From a virus (taxonomy: Duplodnaviria > Caudoviricetes), in the IMG/VR virus record IMGVR_UViG_3300048599_000559, positions 1 to 28,972 of that record: a stretch of 28,972 bases of DNA; one strand, given 5' to 3'. The position numbers and the translations under genes were made by a program. This document shows positions 8,683 through 16,793 of this stretch, one piece after another. The notes beneath the pieces were generated by a model. It was not told the DNA's origin. It was given only the letters and a program-made list of their open reading frames with translations, and made no database searches. Numbering within the stretch: position 1 is the stretch's first letter; each line of letters opens with the position of its first letter.

Positions 8683-9712
8683 ACTGCAGGAAGTTCTCAT
8701 TTGCTTCGGCAAACAGAAGCAAACCGACATCGCAACGGCGCAGGCTGCGGCCGCGATGTGGCGCTTCAGCAAGCTCAACGCCCAGCTTGCCAATCCGAAG
8801 CTCTCCACCGAAAACGACGCCGAGGAATACGGCAAGGGCCACGAGTTCCCGACCGCCACTTACAAGACCGCCTGGGATGTAAGTGGCACCCTGGAGAAGT
8901 ACCTATCCGCCGAAATCGCGGCATGGGCCATGGCGTTTGGTCTGGGCAAGGTGGTCAAGTCCGGCACGAGCCCGAACTTTACCTACACCTGCACGCCGCT
9001 GTTTCCGGCCAATGGCGATGCCGCCGAGTTGTCGTACTTCTCCTTCGTCGAGCAGATCCGGCCCGGTGCCGGCGTCGTGCTCGATCGCGAGGCGGTGGGC
9101 TGCGCCATCGAGTCGTGGCAGATCACTGTTGGCTCAGGGCCAGGCCGCGCGAATTCGAAGATCACGGTCGAGTTCGTCGGCTCCGGCAAGGTGATCGACT
9201 CCTCCACCGGGATCACGATGCCGGTGGCGACGGTCGAGAAGTTGCTGCCCTCCGCGTCGCTCGCACTCGCCATCAACGGCGTCGACTACGTCACCAACAA
9301 GAACATCGTCTCGCTTGAAACCGGCTGGAAGAACAACATCCGCATGGACGCGGGCTTCTACCCGGGTTCGGGCTTCCAGACGGCGGGCGACGGATCCTCG
9401 GGCGCGATCCGCGGCCGCCTCGAGTTCGGAAACCGCCAGGGCAACCTCAAATTTGTCGCCCGCTTCGACAGCGGCTCTTCCGAGTACACGAAGCTCAAGA
9501 GCCAGACCACCGGTACCGCCGTTCTCAGCCTCACCTACGACACCAATTCGTCGCTCCAAATCACGTGGCAGAAGGTGGCGTACTCCGTGGTCGAGATCGG
9601 CGAGACGGATCAGATCCTAACCGTATCGGTGGAGTGCTCGCCGATGTATGACTCGACCAACGGCGTCATCTCGGCCGTGGCGAAATGCGGCACCGACAGC
9701 ATCTGCCAGTAG
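8669..9712 (+). CDS. Major tail tube protein (347 aa)
   Basis: ATG at 8669 with GAGGAG SD; Ser/Thr/Gly-rich beta protein; directly precedes the chaperone genes and TMP. Confidence 0.8.
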   Translation: MSTTRLQEVLICFGKQKQTDIATAQAAAAMWRFSKLNAQLANPKLSTENDAEEYGKGHEFPTATYKTAWDVSGTLEKYLSAEIAAWAMAFGLGKVVKSGTSPNFTYTCTPLFPANGDAAELSYFSFVEQIRPGAGVVLDREAVGCAIESWQITVGSGPGRANSKITVEFVGSGKVIDSSTGITMPVATVEKLLPSASLALAINGVDYVTNKNIVSLETGWKNNIRMDAGFYPGSGFQTAGDGSSGAIRGRLEFGNRQGNLKFVARFDSGSSEYTKLKSQTTGTAVLSLTYDTNSSLQITWQKVAYSVVEIGETDQILTVSVECSPMYDSTNGVISAVAKCGTDSICQ

Positions 9713-9724
9713 AAAGGAACTTCA

Positions 9725-10321
9725 ATGTTTGATGCAACCAGACCGATTTCGATCAACCTGCGGACGCCCGAGGGCGTCAAGACCGTGCGCGTCCGCTTTC
9801 CCACCGACGAGGAGTGGATCGACCGCCAGCGCCGTCGCAAGGTCATCGTGAAGCAGTTGGGGCGCGGCGTATCCGAGACCATCGTCGCCAATGGCGAGGA
9901 CGTCGATGCCGCGCTGCTGGCCAAGGTCCGGAGCGAAGCCGAGCCGGAGATCGACGCTTTCGAAGCGATGAAGGTCGTGGAGCAACTCAGCCAGGCCGAC
10001 GTCGATGACGTCCTGCCCGCTGGCGACTCCTTCCGCGTGACCCTGCGCGTGTTGGGTTCCACGACGGAGCACGTCCTGCGGATGCCCTCGGCGAAGGACG
10101 TCTTCGACTACCGCCGCAGCTTCGCCCGCGTGCTGGACCTGCCCTACGGTCGCCAGGAACTGACGATCAACCTCGGGCCCGCGAGCGCCCTCTACAAGAA
10201 GCTGGTCGAATCTACCGAAGGCTACGCCGGCGAGGTACCCGTCATCCACCAGGCCGTCGCATTGAAGGCGGCCATCGACGCGCTCGACGCCGCCTTCCAG
10301 GAGGACCGGGACCCAAACTGA
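9725..10321 (+). CDS. Tail assembly chaperone (gpG analogue), 198 aa
   Basis: Lies between tube and TMP; AAGGA SD; ends in a slippery heptamer. Confidence 0.8.
   Translation: MFDATRPISINLRTPEGVKTVRVRFPTDEEWIDRQRRRKVIVKQLGRGVSETIVANGEDVDAALLAKVRSEAEPEIDAFEAMKVVEQLSQADVDDVLPAGDSFRVTLRVLGSTTEHVLRMPSAKDVFDYRRSFARVLDLPYGRQELTINLGPASALYKKLVESTEGYAGEVPVIHQAVALKAAIDALDAAFQEDRDPN
10312..10318 (+). other. Programmed -1 ribosomal frameshift site C CCA AAC
   Basis: X XXY YYZ heptamer in the correct phase immediately before the gpG stop codon. The -1 frame stays open to 10644. Confidence 0.8.
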
Positions 10322-10644
10322 CGCCGGGGGAGTGGCCGGACGACCCGTCCTTCCGCTTCCTCATTCACTGGGCCCTACGCCGAGACCAACTCTGCGAGCC
10401 GGGCCTCTGCCCGGATGCACCGGATGGCGGGCGGTGCGACCACTGCCCCCTGGACAAGCTGGGTGCTGCACAGGCGTCCGAGAAGGGACTCGTAGTCCGG
10501 CGCGCCCTCGATCTGATGGGCGCGCTCAAGTTAGGCATCGCGGTGGACCTGGAAGAAATTCCGGCAGACGAGTTGTGCGCCATGCTGATCATTGCAGAGG
10601 AGCGGGACCGCTTCGATCGACACAAAGGCCCTGGCGTCGGATAG
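10318..10644 (+). CDS. gpT part of the G-T tail chaperone fusion (108 aa, -1 frame)
   Basis: Open frame LTPGEWPDDPSFRFLIHWALRRDQLCEPGLCPDAPDGGRCDHCPLDKL...GPGVG-stop with no early ATG of its own. Not in the ORF track. Confidence 0.78.
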   Translation: MTPGEWPDDPSFRFLIHWALRRDQLCEPGLCPDAPDGGRCDHCPLDKLGAAQASEKGLVVRRALDLMGALKLGIAVDLEEIPADELCAMLIIAEERDRFDRHKGPGVG

Positions 10645-10692
10645 CACCGCTTTCAAAAAGCAAATCCCGCTAGCTATGCTGGTTCCTGTCGG

Positions 10693-11613
10693 TCACCGTT
10701 CTTGCAGGCTACTCTGCAGAGATGATCGGTGCGCGGCGGCTTCCAAGGCGAACTGGTGGATTGCCATGGCAGTTTCCTCTGTAAGCTCGATCGTCTCGTC
10801 GTCGAGTATTCCAGTCAACCGCGCGCGCACAACCCCCCGTTTTAGTGACTCCGCACGTTGGCCCAACCGGGGATCCCGGAACTTCTGGGCCGACTCAACA
10901 ATGGTGTCGGGAAGGTCTGCTCTCTCTTGTACGACGCATCCGTGTATCGGTTGTAGTCGGCACACAGCTGGGTTACCCAGAGATGCTGGACTGATTTCCT
11001 CCGGTGTTTTCGCGTCATCCCAAAATAGAGGAACCTTCAGGAGTCTTCCGTAGATACTTGCCACCAGTTGGGAACAGAATAGTCCGCGTTTCCCGTCACG
11101 TGTGGGCTGAGTCATCAAATGGCCGATCGCGCGGAGGAACTCTCCGAGCCACTGAAAGCCGGTCTTTGCGGCCTTGGCCAGGGCGAGCAGGTTGGGATAG
11201 GGCAAGCCCACTACCTCATTAAACTCATGCACCATCTGCTTTGCCACTCGCCCGGCATCGTCAGGGCTGAAATCCGGATGGCGAAACACTCCCACGACGA
11301 CTCCATGTTCTAGATGATAAAGGTAACGATGTACGCCACCGTCCACCTCTATCTTCGCTAGCAGCGGATGACGATATCCAATGCCAGTGCGCGTTGCCTC
11401 AAGCCAGCTAAATCGGTCGACCACAAAGGCCGCGTGGTTGTACCGAACATCGTCTGAAGCATCTGCGCTCCCGGCCGCGACAGCACGAGAAAACGTCTCT
11501 TGACCACGGAACAGCAGCACATCCCCCACTTGCAGCCGATTGAGGTCGAGGTATGTGCTCTCGGGTGGAATGGGAGCAGTTGGCGGAGTATTGGCGGTGT
11601 CGGTGCTTTGCAC
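10693..11613 (-). CDS. Permuted papain-like NlpC/P60 enzyme (YiiX/YebB, peptidase C92-like); moron
   Basis: LQVGDVLLFRG...YNHAAF...LEAT...GLPY...LFCSQLVASIY...ISPASL, with His before Cys. Start chosen at GTG 11613 (GGAG 8 nt upstream); alternatives are 11667 and 11763. Lower GC and antisense to the operon. Confidence 0.82.
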   Translation of the reverse strand: MQSTDTANTPPTAPIPPESTYLDLNRLQVGDVLLFRGQETFSRAVAAGSADASDDVRYNHAAFVVDRFSWLEATRTGIGYRHPLLAKIEVDGGVHRYLYHLEHGVVVGVFRHPDFSPDDAGRVAKQMVHEFNEVVGLPYPNLLALAKAAKTGFQWLGEFLRAIGHLMTQPTRDGKRGLFCSQLVASIYGRLLKVPLFWDDAKTPEEISPASLGNPAVCRLQPIHGCVVQERADLPDTIVESAQKFRDPRLGQRAESLKRGVVRARLTGILDDETIELTEETAMAIHQFALEAAAHRSSLQSSLQER

Positions 11614-11792
11614 AGGATTATCTCCAAATAATGAGGGCGGTCTGCCGTCTTGAATGCTGCATTCCATATTCCCACGGGTAGTGCTGGTGGGGCTAGGTCT
11701 GCGGCTACCGATGGATCTTCGACCGATCGGAGACTGGCTGCGGCCTAACCTGGCATTCCGCACTTCGCCGGGCCTAACGAGTACAGCTCCTC

Positions 11793-14700
11793 ATGGCCGA
11801 TAACAAGCTCGAACTTGTCGTTGAGGTGGACGTCAACAAGGCGAACGCCTCGATCAAGACCGTCAATACGGGTCTGTCGAGCATCGAGCAGACGGCGGCG
11901 AAGGCGGCGCGCGGCACGTCCTCCGGCATCGACGGGATGACGGCCAGCATGGTGAAGGGCGCGGCGGCCGGCACGCTGCTCGCGGATTCGATTAAGCACG
12001 CGCTGGAATGGCTGAAGGAGTGGACCATCGAGGCGGCGCGCCACGCCGCGAATACCGAGCGCCTGGAGGTGGTCACCAAGGCACTGGCCACGCGGCACGG
12101 CGAAAGCGCCGAGGCAGCGATGAAGGTGGTCGAGGCCGTCAAGAGAATCGGCTTCACCATGGCCGACGCTGAGGGCGCCGTCCAGAAGATGATCATCGCA
12201 GACCTGAGCCTCGACAAGGCCGAGGGGATGGCGCGCGTTGCGAAGGACGCCGCCGCCGTAAGCACGAACGGGCTGAAGGCCAGCGAGGCACTGGAGCAGA
12301 TCATTACGGCCATCGAGTCCGGGCGCGGCCGCGGACTGCGCGAGTTGCGGATCTTCGTCGATCTCAACAAAGAAACGGAGCGCGCGCAGAAACTCGCCGA
12401 ATTGCAGGGCCGGACACTCTCCGAAAACGAGATCATCGAGGTTCGCCGCGCTGCCATCATGCGCGAGGCAACGAAGCTCCAGGGCGCCGCGGCGTCCCAA
12501 ACGGACAGTTTGCAGGCGCAGACGCAGGGTCTCAGCCGGGATGTCGATGAACTTCGTGAGGCGGTCGGCTCACAGTTCCAGGGCCTGCTCAAGGAGTGGG
12601 TTGTCCATCTGCGCGAACTGGTCGGATTCCTGAAGGACAACTCGTCGCTGGTCGTGAAGTTCGCCGAGGGCGTGCTCGTGCTCGCCGGCGCGCTGGGCAC
12701 GGTCACCGTTGCCATGAAGGCTTTCAAGCTTGGCGCGGCGGGGCTAGAGGCGACGCTGGGTGGTCTGGCGATGCTGCGGAACGTGTCCTTTGCATTCAGC
12801 AACGGACTCACCGGTGCCCTGGTCGGCACGGAAGTGGTGCTGGCGAACATCGCCCGGCTGTTGCCTCCGGTGGCGGCCGGCCTGGCAGTGTGGTGGGGCG
12901 GCAATAAGCTCCTCGAACACGCGCAGGGCAACAAGCAACTGGATACGACCGCCGAAGCCATCAAGAAGATCAACGCGCGTCTGCGGGAAACGCCTGAGTG
13001 GTGGATCCAGCACGGCATGACGCCGCCGAAGTCGCGGATCGACACCATCCTCGATTACATCAAAACGCTCGATTCCAAGAAGCCCGCGGCCAAGCGCGAG
13101 CTTACCGACGCAGAGATCGACCGCATGCTGGCGGATCGCAAGACGCGTCTGGATGCCGAGCGGGCGAGCCAGGATTACTACCTGCGTGCCGTCGAAGAGC
13201 GCAAGAGCGCCGAGCACGACATGGCGCGCGCCCGCATTGAGGACTCGATGAAGACCATCGAGGCCACGCAGTCCGAGACGGAAGCCGCGCGGGAGTCACT
13301 GAACGTCGTCCTGCTGTCGATGCAGGAGCGAAAGGCCGGGAGGGAGAAGCTCCTCCAGGAGGAGGCGCGCGAGATCGCACGTCTTTCGACGCGCGTCGAT
13401 GAGAAGACGGGCGTGATCCAGCACGTCACGCTCAACCAGTCCACGCTGGAGACGCTTCACCGGAGTACCGCCGAAAAGCTGGCGGCCTTCGACATGCGTT
13501 TCAACGAGGAGGAAGACCGGCGCATCCAGGCCATGCTCAAGGCGTCGGCCGCGCGCTCGCAGAAGCTGTTCGAGCAGATCTACGTGGAGCCGATGAAGCA
13601 GCAGCTCTACGTCTGGGAGCAGACTCAGGGCTGGCAGGAGAAGATTGACGATCAGGCTCGGTCGGCGCGCCTGGCGGCCGTCGATCAGCGAAAGGATCTG
13701 GAACTGGCTCAGATGGAGTCGATCGATGCCGTGACGGTGCAGGACAAAGTTCGGGTCGAGCAATTGAAGACGGAGATCGAGGTGCGCGCGATGAAGGAGC
13801 GTGCCCAGATCCAGATCGAGATGCTCGCCGCCCAGACGGAGCGCGATGTAGCCGCCGCCCGGCGCGCCGCCATGGCGCAGGGCATCTTTTACGAACCGTA
13901 CCTGCAGGAGATCGAGAACAAGGTCCGCGAACTCGGCCAGCATGAACGGGAGGCGCTTCAGAAGGCGACCAACTCGGAGATCGACGTTGCACAGGCGAAG
14001 GGCGCGGCTTCCACGCGGAAGGTCGTGGTGGACCACTACCGCAGCATCTTCCAGTCGCTCAGGGAACAGGCGGGCGGCGTTTTCGATGCCCTGGTGACGA
14101 AGTCGCAATCGGTCTGGTCGGCGATCGGCAATTCCCTCAAGACCGCTCTGCTCACGGCCATCAAGGACGTAGTGACCTCGCGAGTCGCGGCCGTGTTGAC
14201 GCAGTTGTTCACCGGCCAGAAGGTGACGTTCGCGGGCGGCGGCGCGGGGACTGGTGGTTCGGGCGGCATCCTGGGCGGGCTCGGCGGGCTCCTCGGAACC
14301 GGCGCGGTCCCGGCGTTTGGCGGCACGAGTCCAGGCGGCGTCATTCCTGGCATCACTCCGGGGACCACACCGCCGTTCATTCCGGGCACCGGTGGTGTCA
14401 CGTCGAAGGCTGGTGCCGCGAACCTGCTCAATTTCAACTGGTCCAACATGAAGAGCCTCGCCAGTTGGAAGAACCTCTATAGCGCGATGACGCTCGGCGG
14501 GGGCCTGATGATGCTGAGCGGCGTCCAGCGTGGGAGCGCGTTGAACACCATTGGCGGTGGCGCGATCATGGGTGCCGGCATCGGTTTGTCCGGAGGTCCC
14601 ATTGGAGCGATTGGCGGCACCGGCATCGGCCTCTACATGGACGCGATGCGTCGCGGCGGTTGGGGTGGCGTCGGAGAGGCAACGGCAGGCGGCGCGATGT

Positions 14701-15308
14701 TCGGCTGGAACGTCGGCGGCCCGCTGGGTGCCGCCATTGGCGCCGGTGTCGGGTTCCTCTCCGGCATCGTTCGATTGTTCGTGAAAGGAGCAACGGAGAA
14801 AGCCCGCGAGAAGGTTAAGAACCTGTACGGCGTGGACATCTCCGACAAAGCGGTCCTTCAGCAGATCGTGGACATGGCCAAGCAGACCTGCGGCGGCAAC
14901 CTCGACATGGCGATCCGCACTCAGCCCGTCCGCGATCTGATCCAGTTGTATGCGATGAGCACGGGGCAGCAGACCAAGGGGATGCCCGCGCAGATGCATC
15001 CGCTCGACCTTGTACAGTCTGGCGGTTCGCTTTACCAGTCGCCTGGCTACTCGAATGGGACCTCACTTCCCGGTTTGGGCGGCCTGCCGACACTCGATAC
15101 CATCGGCGGCGTGGCATCCAGCGCGCAACCCGTGGTCATCCAACTCGATGGGCCGGCGACCACGAGCCTTCTCCGGGGCGAAGCGATCCAGGCCATTGCC
15201 AGCAATCCTCGCGTCGTGCAGGGTGCGGTCATGAGCGCTTCGAAATCCAACGCGGGCCGGCGCGAGTTAACGAGTCTTCAGCTCAGTCCGGGCTTAGTTA
15301 CAGCGTAA
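11793..15308 (+). CDS. Tail tape measure protein (1171 aa)
   Basis: Long Ala/Glu-rich helical protein with a Gly-rich hydrophobic C-terminal region; follows the G-T chaperone. Confidence 0.92.
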   Translation: MADNKLELVVEVDVNKANASIKTVNTGLSSIEQTAAKAARGTSSGIDGMTASMVKGAAAGTLLADSIKHALEWLKEWTIEAARHAANTERLEVVTKALATRHGESAEAAMKVVEAVKRIGFTMADAEGAVQKMIIADLSLDKAEGMARVAKDAAAVSTNGLKASEALEQIITAIESGRGRGLRELRIFVDLNKETERAQKLAELQGRTLSENEIIEVRRAAIMREATKLQGAAASQTDSLQAQTQGLSRDVDELREAVGSQFQGLLKEWVVHLRELVGFLKDNSSLVVKFAEGVLVLAGALGTVTVAMKAFKLGAAGLEATLGGLAMLRNVSFAFSNGLTGALVGTEVVLANIARLLPPVAAGLAVWWGGNKLLEHAQGNKQLDTTAEAIKKINARLRETPEWWIQHGMTPPKSRIDTILDYIKTLDSKKPAAKRELTDAEIDRMLADRKTRLDAERASQDYYLRAVEERKSAEHDMARARIEDSMKTIEATQSETEAARESLNVVLLSMQERKAGREKLLQEEAREIARLSTRVDEKTGVIQHVTLNQSTLETLHRSTAEKLAAFDMRFNEEEDRRIQAMLKASAARSQKLFEQIYVEPMKQQLYVWEQTQGWQEKIDDQARSARLAAVDQRKDLELAQMESIDAVTVQDKVRVEQLKTEIEVRAMKERAQIQIEMLAAQTERDVAAARRAAMAQGIFYEPYLQEIENKVRELGQHEREALQKATNSEIDVAQAKGAASTRKVVVDHYRSIFQSLREQAGGVFDALVTKSQSVWSAIGNSLKTALLTAIKDVVTSRVAAVLTQLFTGQKVTFAGGGAGTGGSGGILGGLGGLLGTGAVPAFGGTSPGGVIPGITPGTTPPFIPGTGGVTSKAGAANLLNFNWSNMKSLASWKNLYSAMTLGGGLMMLSGVQRGSALNTIGGGAIMGAGIGLSGGPIGAIGGTGIGLYMDAMRRGGWGGVGEATAGGAMFGWNVGGPLGAAIGAGVGFLSGIVRLFVKGATEKAREKVKNLYGVDISDKAVLQQIVDMAKQTCGGNLDMAIRTQPVRDLIQLYAMSTGQQTKGMPAQMHPLDLVQSGGSLYQSPGYSNGTSLPGLGGLPTLDTIGGVASSAQPVVIQLDGPATTSLLRGEAIQAIASNPRVVQGAVMSASKSNAGRRELTSLQLSPGLVTA

Positions 15309-15347
15309 AGAGAACCAGCGACATCAAATAGAGTGAATCGGGAGTAA

Positions 15348-15533
15348 TCAATAGGATTCCCAATTGTGTTCGCTGGTCCTGTATACGACCATCCTCGTGC
15401 CGACGTGGACGACCTCCGTGTGAACCTTGGATTCGAAATATGTCTTCTTTGCGAATTCGATAGCTGCGGACTTCAGCGCGAACGAGCCCAGATCATTTCC
15501 GTTGCTCGTCCGCACGGTGAATGGTTGTGCCAT
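15348..15533 (-). CDS. Small antisense hypothetical protein (61 aa, MAQPFTVRTSNGNDLGSF...); probable moron
   Basis: Fills a lower-GC gap between TMP and Dit; AGGTGG upstream of ATG 15533; protein-like beta-beta-alpha-beta-beta pattern. Confidence 0.6.
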   Translation of the reverse strand: MAQPFTVRTSNGNDLGSFALKSAAIEFAKKTYFESKVHTEVVHVGTRMVVYRTSEHNWESY

Positions 15534-15539
15534 AAGCAC

Positions 15540-15557
15540 CACCTGTTATAACACCTG
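15540..15557. promoter_or_regulatory. Palindromic TGTTATAACA flanked by CACCTG direct repeats; candidate bidirectional extended -10 element
   Basis: Perfect 10-bp palindrome at 15544-15553 reads TG-n-TATAAC on both strands, within the 34-bp gap between divergent ATGs. Confidence 0.4.
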
Positions 15558-15567
15558 ACCGTTACCT

Positions 15568-15969
15568 ATGCCTGGCAGTGTTGCAAACGCCGCACCGACC
15601 ACGGTCATGCCCAATTCGCTCTCTCGGGCGTTCGTTCAAACGCGCGAGTACCCGGTGATCGACAACGAGTACCGCAATGGCGAGTCGCAACGCTCGGTGC
15701 AGGCGAGTACAAGCCGGAAAAAGTGGACGCTCACCAAGCGGCTCACGCCGGCGCAGCTGATCGCGCTCCGGAATTTCTACGACGCGAGGAACGGCACGCA
15801 CGAGCCTTTCTACTTCTACGATCCCTACGAGACTAACCCCAAGTTCTCGTACGACCCGACCGGTTCCGCGGTGACGGGCAGGTGCACCGTCCGGTTCAAC
15901 TCCGAATGGAGCCAGACCGTCGCGCCGGGCCGGTCGGACGTGCAAATCGAACTCATCGAGCTCGCCTGA
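15568..15969 (+). CDS. Distal tail protein (Dit / gpM / DUF2460-like)
   Basis: First + strand gene after TMP; NGESQR...KWTL...LRNFYDARNG...F.F.DP...VRF pattern. Confidence 0.8.
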   Translation: MPGSVANAAPTTVMPNSLSRAFVQTREYPVIDNEYRNGESQRSVQASTSRKKWTLTKRLTPAQLIALRNFYDARNGTHEPFYFYDPYETNPKFSYDPTGSAVTGRCTVRFNSEWSQTVAPGRSDVQIELIELA

Positions 15970-15979
15970 GGAGAATCCC

Positions 15980-16378
15980 ATGCCTGGCAAGTCGCAGTCC
16001 TACACCGATGCTGTGCTCAACGTCCTGCGCGGCAGTGCGCAGGCGGGCGTGACGCCGTACGTTGGCCTGTTCACCGTGGCGCCGGCCGACGATGCGAGCG
16101 CGGGCACGGAACTGGCTGGCAACGGTTACGCGCGGCAGGCGATCGTGTTCGGTACGCCCACCACGGATCTAGGGAGCATCCGCAGGATCGCCAACACGAA
16201 CAACATCCAGTTTGGACCCGCTCAGGCGGACTGGCCGCAGGCGGTCGCGTTCGGCGTATTCGACGCACCGGCCGGCGGCAACCTCCTCTATTGGGACGCG
16301 CTCACGACTTCGAAAACCGTCCTCAGCGGAGATTACGGCCAGTTCGTGCCGGGCACGCTCGTCGTGAGGGAGGACTGA
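15980..16378 (+). CDS. Phage tail fibre-associated structural protein
   Basis: YVGLFT...ELAGNGYARQ...IQF...W...GVFDA..GGNLL...K.V..GD...F..G.L pattern of a widespread ~130-aa virion protein; GAGGAG SD. Confidence 0.75.
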   Translation: MPGKSQSYTDAVLNVLRGSAQAGVTPYVGLFTVAPADDASAGTELAGNGYARQAIVFGTPTTDLGSIRRIANTNNIQFGPAQADWPQAVAFGVFDAPAGGNLLYWDALTTSKTVLSGDYGQFVPGTLVVRED

Positions 16379-16382
16379 TCCG

Positions 16383-16793
16383 ATGGCCGACAACGTAGAC
16401 ATCACGCCTGGCGTCGGCGCAACCGTCGCCACCGACGAGATCGGCGGGCGGCATTTCCAGCGGGTGAAGATCACAGATGGCGCGGAGGGTTCGGTCAACC
16501 ATGCCAGCGTGCGCGCGGACGGCACGCAGGAGGTGTCGCTTTCGGACATCAACGCCGCCCTGTACGCGATTCTGGAAGCCATCACTCGTCCGATCTCCCA
16601 GGAACCAGGAACCGGCCGCACGCGTGTCTCCGTGGACAACACCGCCGCCGTCACGGTCAGCTCGGGCACGGTGACTACGGTCAGCACGGTCACAACGATC
16701 ACGCAGTTCGGGGGCGCTCCGATCTGGGACATCCTCGGCAAGCCTTTGGATCGGAACCTCTGGTACGGCTCCGTCCGGATGAGGATCAGCTAA
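16383..16793 (+). CDS. Putative virion structural protein (136 aa)
   Basis: MADNV.ITPG.GATVATD.IGG..FQRVK N-terminus seen in phage fibre-associated proteins; Thr/Val-rich beta stretch; GGAGG SD. Confidence 0.65.
   Translation: MADNVDITPGVGATVATDEIGGRHFQRVKITDGAEGSVNHASVRADGTQEVSLSDINAALYAILEAITRPISQEPGTGRTRVSVDNTAAVTVSSGTVTTVSTVTTITQFGGAPIWDILGKPLDRNLWYGSVRMRIS

Noticed and set aside
10649-10661. Terminator hairpin GCTTT-CAA-AAAGC between convergent genes
   Set aside because: Only a 5-bp AT-rich stem; too weak to call.
10332-10673. 113-aa ORF listed after the chaperone
   Set aside because: Low-complexity translation in the wrong frame; the -1 frame 10318-10644 is protein-like and linked to the slippery site.
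14230-14780. Gly-rich hydrophobic repeats suggesting a separate toxin or glycine-zipper gene
   Set aside because: In frame within the TMP, where such membrane-interacting segments are common.
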